Shown here piece after piece: positions 48,378 to 55,908 of a stretch of DNA of 56,026 nucleotides. The notes below the pieces were generated by a model. It ran no database searches, was not told where the DNA came from, and was given only the letters and a program-made list of their open reading frames with translations. Made by a program: the position numbers and the translations under genes. This stretch comes from Bacilli bacterium. GTDB lineage: Bacteria; Bacillota_I; Bacilli_A; ML615J-28; CAG-698. Every line of letters starts with the position of its first letter. Within the stretch, counting starts at the first letter, position 1. The DNA lies in the NCBI GenBank assembly GCA_016296945.1, contig JAEDHQ010000002.1, positions 1 through 56,026 of the forward strand. The letters run 5' to 3'.

Positions 48378-49094
48378 ATGGATACAATAAAAATAAAAAA
48401 CAAAAACAAAACATTAATGATTGCTCATCGAGGATTAAGTGGTCTAGAAAGAGAAAATAGTATGAAAGCATTTGTGGCGGCAGTAAACCGCAGTTTCTAT
48501 GGAACAGAATGCGATATTCACTTAACAAAGGATAAAATCTTTGTGATTTCTCATGATGAGCATACACGACGTGTAAGTAATTATGACGTAATAATAAAGG
48601 ATACATTATTTAAGGATTTAGAAAAAGTTCGTTTAAATAAATTCAATAGTTTTGAAGAAGATCGTATGCTATATTTACCAACATTAGATGAATATTTAGA
48701 ATTGCATATTAAATATCAAAAACATTGTGTTATTGAAATTAAATGTCTTCTAACAGATAGTGAAGTCGATATCTTATTAGATAAAGTAAAAGATTGTCTT
48801 GAACTAATTACTTTTATTTCCTTTAACTTAGAAGTTTTACAAAAAATAAGAAAACGTAATCAAAATATTCCTCTCCAATATTTAACTTCTAAATATGATG
48901 ACAATTTAATTAACATATTATTACAAAACAAATTAGATATTGACATCAATTACCAAGAACTAAATGAAGAGCGAATAAAAAAGTTTCATGACAATAAAAT
49001 AATTGTCAACGCTTGGACAATTAATGAAAAAGAAGTCGCATTAAAGATGATATATTGGGGAATAGATTACATTACTACAAACATTTTAGAATAA
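48378..49094 (+). CDS. Glycerophosphodiester phosphodiesterase family protein
   Basis: 'IAHRGLSG..ENS..AF', 'ECDIHLTKD' and 'NAWTIN' GDPD motifs. Confidence 0.85.
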   Translation: MDTIKIKNKNKTLMIAHRGLSGLERENSMKAFVAAVNRSFYGTECDIHLTKDKIFVISHDEHTRRVSNYDVIIKDTLFKDLEKVRLNKFNSFEEDRMLYLPTLDEYLELHIKYQKHCVIEIKCLLTDSEVDILLDKVKDCLELITFISFNLEVLQKIRKRNQNIPLQYLTSKYDDNLINILLQNKLDIDINYQELNEERIKKFHDNKIIVNAWTINEKEVALKMIYWGIDYITTNILE

Positions 49095-49168
49095 ATTTTA
49101 TTTTAATATTAAAATAATACAAATTACAACATTGCTCCTAATATATAATTACTCTCGAGGTGAGAGAA

Positions 49169-50041
49169 ATGAAAATAGTGGTTGTTGCCCCATATAAAGC
49201 AAAAGTTTTAAAGAGTGTAGAAGCCCTTGAAAAAGTCAACTTGGGTGATGTAAAATTGATTGGTTGCATAGATACAATTAATCAAGTAATAAGTGAAGAA
49301 AGGATTAAGATTAGGTCTGAGATTATTGATGCGACAGAGGAAGAATTAATTATAAAAACAAAAGATATAATTGATGATGATACTGTGATTGTTTTCGATC
49401 AAGTGGATGAGTTTATTCAAAAAAAGATTATCTGTAATGATAAAATGTATAATATTGATGAAGATATAAATTATTTTTACACGATTGATATCCCTGATAT
49501 TAAAAATTTTATCTTTGTAAGCAATCATTCAAAAAAAAGGCATTTAGATTTTGATGATAAGAAAAAAGCAATACTATCAATTTTTGAATTTATGAATGGC
49601 TTAGGAATAAAAAAGTCTAATGTTGCTGTTTTAACAGATAAATTAACAAAAACAGATATTTTAGAAGTAAACTTAATTCGAATGATTTTAAAAGAGGATG
49701 TCTGTAAGAATGTCAATATCATAAGTCCTTGTCGGATTGATGAATTATTTAGTAAGAAGTATTATAATAACATCTATGATAAGAATATTAATCTTTTAAT
49801 ATTTAAAAACTATGATATAACACAAACATTTATAAATACTTTAGGTTTATTTTCAAATAATAAAATAGCTTCAATATGTAGCTATGAAAATAAATTGTAT
49901 ATTGATGCCTCAAATCAATATGATGAAAGAAATATATTATTTTCAATTCTACTCACAAGTAAGTATTTAAATGATCAAAGAAGAATAAAGATTTTCAATA
50001 AAGAATTAAACGCTCTATTTCTTTCAAAAGAAATATTATAA
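49169..50041 (+). CDS. Divergent phosphate acetyl/butyryltransferase-like protein (tentative)
   Basis: The layout resembles PTA_PTB enzymes: an N-terminal 'KIVVVAP...VLKSVEAL..V.LGDVKLIG' block, a mid 'LGIKKSNVAVLT' block and a C-terminal 'NLLIFKNYDITQTF' block. Conserved catalytic-region residues appear replaced. The ATG at 49169 follows GAGGTGA. Confidence 0.35.
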   Translation: MKIVVVAPYKAKVLKSVEALEKVNLGDVKLIGCIDTINQVISEERIKIRSEIIDATEEELIIKTKDIIDDDTVIVFDQVDEFIQKKIICNDKMYNIDEDINYFYTIDIPDIKNFIFVSNHSKKRHLDFDDKKKAILSIFEFMNGLGIKKSNVAVLTDKLTKTDILEVNLIRMILKEDVCKNVNIISPCRIDELFSKKYYNNIYDKNINLLIFKNYDITQTFINTLGLFSNNKIASICSYENKLYIDASNQYDERNILFSILLTSKYLNDQRRIKIFNKELNALFLSKEIL

Positions 50042-50090
50042 TAAATAAAAAAATTAAGATAAAAAAATCTAGATATTACTCTAGATTTTT

Positions 50091-51344
50091 TTAATTGATT
50101 GAGGCAACAATATTTAAATTTTTTAACTTTGCGATTGGTTTTTCATATCCTCTTTTAATAATATCAGCATTTCTGATAATCGTATGGTTTTTCGCAATAA
50201 TAGCTGCAATTAATAAAGAGGCTCCTCCTCGCAAGTCTTGGCATGTCACTTTTGAACCTGTTAACGGAGTATTACCATTAATGATTATTGTGTTTTCGCT
50301 AATTGTAATATCAGCCCCCATTTTGTTCAAATCACCAATATGATTAAAACGACGTTCAAATATTGTTTCTGTTAACGTGGATGTTCCTTCGATTTGTGTT
50401 AAAAGAGGGGTAATGATCGGTCCTAGGTCTGTAGAAAAACCTGGATAAATTGCGGTTTTAATTGCAACTGGTGATAATGTTTTTCCTTTTAATGCGGTAA
50501 TGGAATTATTATTAATCGTAACAATATGACCGATGGCTTTTAAAGTATCAATAAAACTTGTAAGAAGTGTAGGATCGATATTTGTTATGGTTACGGGTTG
50601 GTTGTCATTAATGCAACCTAATGCAAGGTAAGTTGCTGCTTCAATTCGATCAGAGATAATTCTATATCTTGTCCCATGAAGTTTGTTTGTCCCTGATATT
50701 ACCAATCTGTTTGTACCAACGCCAGTTATATATGCTCCCATCTTAATTAAGAAATTGGCAACATCAGTTACTTCTGGTTCTATTGCCGCATTTTCAATAA
50801 TGGTATTACCTTTTGCTAAAACTGATGCAAGCATTATATTAATTGTTGCCCCTACAGATGGAAAATCTAATTTAATTAGATTTCCAAGAAGTTTTTTTGC
50901 TTGATATAGAGTTCCTTTTTTTGTTTCCTTAATTTTTACATTCAATAATTTAAAACCATTTTGATGATAGTTTATAGGACGAGATCCAATATTACAACCA
51001 CCACATTGATGAAAAAATATTTTTTTTCGGTATCCAAGATAGCTTCCAATTAAATAATATGATCCTCGGAGTTTATTAATTGAATCTTTAAAATGATATT
51101 TTGCTTTGCTATTTCTTTTAAAAGATAAAATATTATTTTCAAAGGAAATAAAATGTCCCATATCAGTAATAATCTTTATTAAGTTTCGAACATCAGTAAT
51201 ATCAGGGATATTTTCTAAAATAACTTGTTCATCTGTTAATAGGCAGGCAGGAATAATTGCGACTGCACTATTTTTTGCACCACTAACTTTTACAGTTCCG
51301 GAAATGTTTTTATTCTTATTTGATTTATAAATATGCAAATCCAT
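50091..51344 (-). CDS. murA: UDP-N-acetylglucosamine 1-carboxyvinyltransferase
   Basis: 'VSGAKNSAVAIIPA' and active-site 'GGCNIGSRPINYH' (Cys present). The ATG at 51344 follows GAGGT. The track start at 51356 is a GTG inside the Shine-Dalgarno. Confidence 0.9.
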   Translation of the reverse strand: MDLHIYKSNKNKNISGTVKVSGAKNSAVAIIPACLLTDEQVILENIPDITDVRNLIKIITDMGHFISFENNILSFKRNSKAKYHFKDSINKLRGSYYLIGSYLGYRKKIFFHQCGGCNIGSRPINYHQNGFKLLNVKIKETKKGTLYQAKKLLGNLIKLDFPSVGATINIMLASVLAKGNTIIENAAIEPEVTDVANFLIKMGAYITGVGTNRLVISGTNKLHGTRYRIISDRIEAATYLALGCINDNQPVTITNIDPTLLTSFIDTLKAIGHIVTINNNSITALKGKTLSPVAIKTAIYPGFSTDLGPIITPLLTQIEGTSTLTETIFERRFNHIGDLNKMGADITISENTIIINGNTPLTGSKVTCQDLRGGASLLIAAIIAKNHTIIRNADIIKRGYEKPIAKLKNLNIVASIN

Positions 51345-51490
51345 TTTATACCTCACATAATACTTTATATGAAGTTATTTAAATAAATATACAAAAAAAT
51401 AAAAAAATAATATATGGGTTAAAATAAAAAAATAAAACGTTTACTTTTATATATATTTGTGATACAATATTATAAAGTGATGGTGATAAA

Positions 51491-52606
51491 ATGAGATGTA
51501 GAATTGAACGAGATCGATTAGGAGAAGTGGCGATTCCTCAAGAGGCTTATTACGGCATTGGGACTGTTCGTTCAAAAGATGCTTTTCAATTAACAAAACA
51601 CGGGTTATCCCGTCAAATGATTAAAGCTTTAGCGTTATGTAAAAAGGTGATTGCTAAGACTAATTGTGATATGGGATTACTTGAAAAAAGAAAAGCAGAA
51701 GCGATATGTTTGAGTGCCGATGAAATTTTGAATGGACGTTTACATGGTCAATTCATTACGGATGCTTTGCAAGATGGTTATGGATATGGTATGGATATGA
51801 ACGCTGCTGAAGTTATCTGTAATCGTGCGAATGAAATGTTAGGTAGTAGTAAAGGCAAATATGATATAGTAACATTACAAGAAGTAGATATGTTTACAAA
51901 CATTAAAGAAACAAATGTTTTGGTTGGAAGGTTATCAGCAGTTAAACTAACAAAAAAATTGATTGCGGAAAACAAGAAATCATATAATGCAATTCTTGAA
52001 AAATTAGAAGCATCTAATATTTCTAAAACTAGTAAAACATATTTACAGCTTATGAGTGTTGTTGAAATATTACAACGAGATACAAAGCGTGTTGATAAAG
52101 CAATGGATACTTTATTAGTATTTTCTTATGGTGAATCAGTTGATTTACCAATAGAACAAAAAGAGGAATATTTACGATGCTTTGTAAAAAACTTAAATGA
52201 AAATGTTACGGAAAAATATCAATTAAGTAAAAACTATTATACAACAAGTAACAACCTTGATTGTTTTATGAATTTATCTGCTGCTGTTAAAAATTTAATG
52301 ATTAATTTTTCTCGTTGTATGAGTGATTTAAAAGAACTAGCAAAGGAAGGCAAGATCAACTTTCCAAATGTTCAAGATATAGAAGTTTCAGCCCCAGATT
52401 TATTATTTGATTTTGTTAAACAAGTATCTTTTTATATAGTAGGAAATGACTTAACAGTATCAAGAACTATAGAGGCTGGTGTTATGAATGAAAATCCATA
52501 TATTCCGATTATCTTAGCTTCATTATTTGAAAGTATTAATCTTGTAAGAAGAGGAATTAGAACAATTAAAGAACGAGTTTTTGAAATAATGGAAATTAAA
52601 GAATAA
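51491..52606 (+). CDS. Truncated, catalytically degenerate aspartase/fumarase-superfamily homologue
   Basis: The N-terminus 'RIERDRLGEVAIPQEAYYGIGTVRS' and the block 'GNDLTVSRTIEAGVMNENPYIPII...FES' align with aspartase/class II fumarase. The 'GSSxMPxKxNP' SS-loop, the 'SQSTND' motif and the C-terminal domain are missing or replaced. Confidence 0.65.
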   Translation: MRCRIERDRLGEVAIPQEAYYGIGTVRSKDAFQLTKHGLSRQMIKALALCKKVIAKTNCDMGLLEKRKAEAICLSADEILNGRLHGQFITDALQDGYGYGMDMNAAEVICNRANEMLGSSKGKYDIVTLQEVDMFTNIKETNVLVGRLSAVKLTKKLIAENKKSYNAILEKLEASNISKTSKTYLQLMSVVEILQRDTKRVDKAMDTLLVFSYGESVDLPIEQKEEYLRCFVKNLNENVTEKYQLSKNYYTTSNNLDCFMNLSAAVKNLMINFSRCMSDLKELAKEGKINFPNVQDIEVSAPDLLFDFVKQVSFYIVGNDLTVSRTIEAGVMNENPYIPIILASLFESINLVRRGIRTIKERVFEIMEIKE

Positions 52607-52622
52607 TTATAATGCAAATAAA

Positions 52623-52659
52623 AAAGCAATATTGGTTTAACCAGTATTGCTTTGTTTTT
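52623..52659 (+). terminator. Terminator after the aspartase-like gene
   Basis: 13-bp stem aaagcaatattgg/ccagtattgcttt (one G-U pair) with a 5-nt loop, then a T-rich run. It overlaps the 5' end of the maximal RHS ORF. Confidence 0.8.
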
Positions 52660-52709
52660 ATAAAAACCAAATAATTAAACTAATTAATCATAATAATCCA
52701 CAAACACAT

Positions 52710-54608
52710 ATGTATATATATAAAGTTATGATTATGTTAAATGAAAACATCATAATGAATGGTTTTTATGAAGTAGAAGATATGTTAGAAATTAATAGTC
52801 TATCAGTTGCTTCATCAATAAACCATAGTTATTTTAAAGGAACAATGAATATGCTTTGTATAAATACACAAGATTGTTCATTCAATAACACAATAGATTT
52901 AGATAGTGGAGATAGAATTATCGATAAAGTAAATAATATGGGTCAATTAGTTTTACATCAAGTATTAAGAAATAATCAAAATAATATTAAACAAACCTTC
53001 ACTTATAAGAATGTTGACTCAGATAGTAATAGATGTTATAATGTAATAAACAAAGAAGAATTCTTTACTAATGATTTAAATAATCCAATAAGAAAAATAG
53101 AATATCAAAATGATCCATTTACATTAAATATAACAAAGAAAACATTAAGTAATCAAACACAATGTTTAGAAGATATCGAATATAATTATGATAAAAAAGG
53201 ACAATTGATTGAAGAAAGAAATCTAAGTGAAGATATAAAGATAACATATGCATATGATAAGAATGGAAACATGATAGAAAGAAGGAAGTATAATCTTTCT
53301 TTAAACACATTACTTGATCATAATACATATGAATATGATTATAATAATCCAAATAAGTTAACTAGTTATTATAAAGATAATACAAATTATAGTATTAGTT
53401 ATCATGTTAATATGTCATCATTCCCACAAGCAATCATAAATGAAGATACTAATAATACAGTATGCACATTTGAATGGGATTATAAAAGACTAACAAAATA
53501 TAGTATTGATCAAGATTATTATCTTAATTTTATATATAATGTAAATGGCTTAAGGACATCAAAAGTAATAGTTAATAATTATGCAGGAGGAACAATAACA
53601 CATAGTTATCGTTACTATAAGAATAGATTAATTGAAGAAGAAGTAATAGATGATATAAAAGGTGATGAATATAAATTACATTATTTATATGATCAATTTA
53701 ATGAATTATATGGCTTCAGATATGAAAATAATGAATACTATTATATAAAAGATAGCTTACATACAATAATAGGAATAATTAATTCATCAAAGCAAATAGT
53801 ATGTGAATATAGATATGATGGATATGGCAATCATTTAGTATATGATGGTAATAAAGTATTACAAACAGGAAGATACTTTATAGGTAATATAAATCCATTT
53901 AGATATAAAGGATATTATTATGATGTGGAAACTTCATTATTTTGGTTATCATCAAGGTATTATTCACCAGAATTATGTCGATTTATAAGTCCAGATGATG
54001 TAGAATATTTGGATCCTGAAAGTATCAATGGATTGAACTTATATGCGTATTGTGGAAATGATCCCGTTAATAAGTATGATCCTAGTGGGCATAGTGCAAT
54101 TTTAGCTATTTTAATTGCGGTAGGAATTTTAGCTGTAGATACAATTGTAGAAACTGCTATATTGATGAATTCAGACAAATATAAAGCTGAGAATGTTTAT
54201 CATGTTAATCCATCAACTGGTGAGGGAAATGTACATATTCCTAATTCTGCTGCATTTAATAACCCAATAGCTCAATTAATTTATTCTAATTATCTATATG
54301 AAAATGTAAAGAATAAAGATGGAAGCAATTTTTTTACAGGTGATCCTTATGATATTGTTGGTGAATGGCAAGCACATAATCTTGCGGCTAATTTAACAGG
54401 TTCATTAATGGTATTGGGTTTTATTCCTTTAGCATTACTATCAAATGGGGATTATTTTTGGTCAAAATTATATGATGCACACAGTCGTAGTGTTCATGCT
54501 GATATAGGTTCAAATATAAACTCTGACAAAATAGGTATAGTTAGATTTATATCAAAGATTTATAAATGGATTATAAAAATTATAAGCTTCGATATTCTTA
54601 ATTGGTAA
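52710..54608 (+). CDS. RHS/YD-repeat protein with RHS-core motif and a variable hydrophobic C-terminal (toxin-like) domain
   Basis: YD repeats ('YNYDKKGQLIEE', 'YAYDKNGNMIER', 'YRYDGYGNH') and the RHS core end 'RYYSPELCRFISPDD...NLYAYCGNDPVNKYDPSGH'. The start is uncertain: ATGs lie at 52710, 52728, 52734 and 52755, none with a clear Shine-Dalgarno. Confidence 0.85.
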   Translation: MYIYKVMIMLNENIIMNGFYEVEDMLEINSLSVASSINHSYFKGTMNMLCINTQDCSFNNTIDLDSGDRIIDKVNNMGQLVLHQVLRNNQNNIKQTFTYKNVDSDSNRCYNVINKEEFFTNDLNNPIRKIEYQNDPFTLNITKKTLSNQTQCLEDIEYNYDKKGQLIEERNLSEDIKITYAYDKNGNMIERRKYNLSLNTLLDHNTYEYDYNNPNKLTSYYKDNTNYSISYHVNMSSFPQAIINEDTNNTVCTFEWDYKRLTKYSIDQDYYLNFIYNVNGLRTSKVIVNNYAGGTITHSYRYYKNRLIEEEVIDDIKGDEYKLHYLYDQFNELYGFRYENNEYYYIKDSLHTIIGIINSSKQIVCEYRYDGYGNHLVYDGNKVLQTGRYFIGNINPFRYKGYYYDVETSLFWLSSRYYSPELCRFISPDDVEYLDPESINGLNLYAYCGNDPVNKYDPSGHSAILAILIAVGILAVDTIVETAILMNSDKYKAENVYHVNPSTGEGNVHIPNSAAFNNPIAQLIYSNYLYENVKNKDGSNFFTGDPYDIVGEWQAHNLAANLTGSLMVLGFIPLALLSNGDYFWSKLYDAHSRSVHADIGSNINSDKIGIVRFISKIYKWIIKIISFDILNW

Positions 54609-54632
54609 TTTTATATAAAAAGGAGGAATCGT

Positions 54633-55172
54633 ATGAAAAAAATAAAGGCAATTTCAGTATTAATCTTTTCTGGATTTATAGTTGCATTGATATTTGGGTT
54701 TTTAATCGATATTGATTCCAAAAAAAATGTTATAAGAACAAGTGATAAATCACTTTATGAGATGAATGAATATTATTTCTTACCTAGCTATAATGAATTT
54801 GAATATAAAGAGAATGTTACTGGATTTTACACATATGATTCCTCTAATACACTTTTTGGAGGAAGTGTTTCTTATGTATTAGAATTACAATTTGCAACTA
54901 AAAAAGTCTATAATGAATTTTTAGAATATGAGTACACAAGATATGAATATGATAGTAATTCAATCATTTTAAAAAATAATTATGAATGTTATTTGTGTTT
55001 GAATGAAGATATTACTCAATATTATTATGGTGAATATATGCCGTATGCGTTAGGAATGTTATGTTTAAATGAAAAAGATATAAAAATTAGATATGTATAC
55101 TATGTTAATATAGAACATTCCATAGATAATAAATTTAATGATGTATTTCAAAATACAAATTGTACTTGGTGA
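54633..55172 (+). CDS. Candidate cognate immunity protein (membrane-anchored)
   Basis: 179-aa ORF starting 24 nt after the RHS stop, with a strong AAAGGAGG Shine-Dalgarno and an N-terminal TM/signal-anchor (AISVLIFSGFIVALIFGFLI). No known family. The call rests on position only. Confidence 0.5.
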   Translation: MKKIKAISVLIFSGFIVALIFGFLIDIDSKKNVIRTSDKSLYEMNEYYFLPSYNEFEYKENVTGFYTYDSSNTLFGGSVSYVLELQFATKKVYNEFLEYEYTRYEYDSNSIILKNNYECYLCLNEDITQYYYGEYMPYALGMLCLNEKDIKIRYVYYVNIEHSIDNKFNDVFQNTNCTW

Positions 55173-55247
55173 ATGTAGCGCATTTAGAAATACCATTAAG
55201 GGAATTCCTCCTAAGTTGTGAAGGCCTAATATTTAAAGGAGAAAATA

Positions 55248-55829
55248 ATGAAGAAATATATCATCTCAATAATTATTTTTGTATTATTGTTTACTTTAGG
55301 CGGATGTAGATATAAAGGTTATTATGAAATAAAAATACCTACAGATAGTACTTTAAGAGGAACTATTAAAATACCTAATGAATGGGAGTTTATTACTGAA
55401 GATGGAGTTGTGAAATTAATAGAAAAGGAAACAAAGGAAGTAATAGCTGAACAAATAGTACAAGGACATATGAATTTTAGTCATTATCCACATAATGATT
55501 ATGTTGATCCTATTTTTACAAATATTTAAAATTTAAAATTTAATCAAAACATTAATTTTGATATAAAAAATGTGAAAAAATATGATTATGTAAAAGGATA
55601 TTCTAATGCGATTGTGTATTATGAGTTTGAAAGTGAACAAAAAAATTATGTCGTTTTAAAATTTGAAATTTATGATGATAAAAATTTAAACCCTTATTAC
55701 TTATTTATGTTTTTTTATGATATTGATGAAAAAATAGAATTAGAAAAAATTATAAATTCGTATTGTTTTGGTGGAACACTAGGATATGAAAAAAATCATA
55801 TCTATGATGAAGATTACAAATCTAATTAA
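55248..55829 (+). pseudogene. Lipoprotein gene interrupted by a single in-frame TAA (possible orphan immunity gene)
   Basis: ORFs 55248-55529 (lipobox 'TLGGC') and 55572-55829 (GTG-only start, no Shine-Dalgarno) are in the same frame. They are separated only by the TAA at 55527-55529 plus 14 sense codons. Confidence 0.55.
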
Positions 55830-55873
55830 TTATTTAATGAATTAACAGAAACAAACATCACTTTTAACATAAA

Positions 55874-55908
55874 GGGTGGAACTGAGTAATATTAGTTTCA
55901 CCTTTCTT
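55874..55908 (+). terminator. Terminator after the RHS locus
   Basis: 9-bp stem ggtggaact/agtttcacc (one G-U pair) with a 10-nt loop, followed by TTTCTT. Confidence 0.6.

Noticed and set aside
50095-51330. Three plus-strand ORFs (50095-50343, 50683-50904, 51106-51330) antisense to murA
   Set aside because: All lie inside the well-supported murA CDS and encode hydrophobic low-complexity peptides with no signals.
52647-52709. 5' extension of the RHS ORF to the track start at 52647
   Set aside because: It begins inside the T-run of the upstream terminator hairpin (52623-52659). The first in-frame ATG after the terminator is at 52710.
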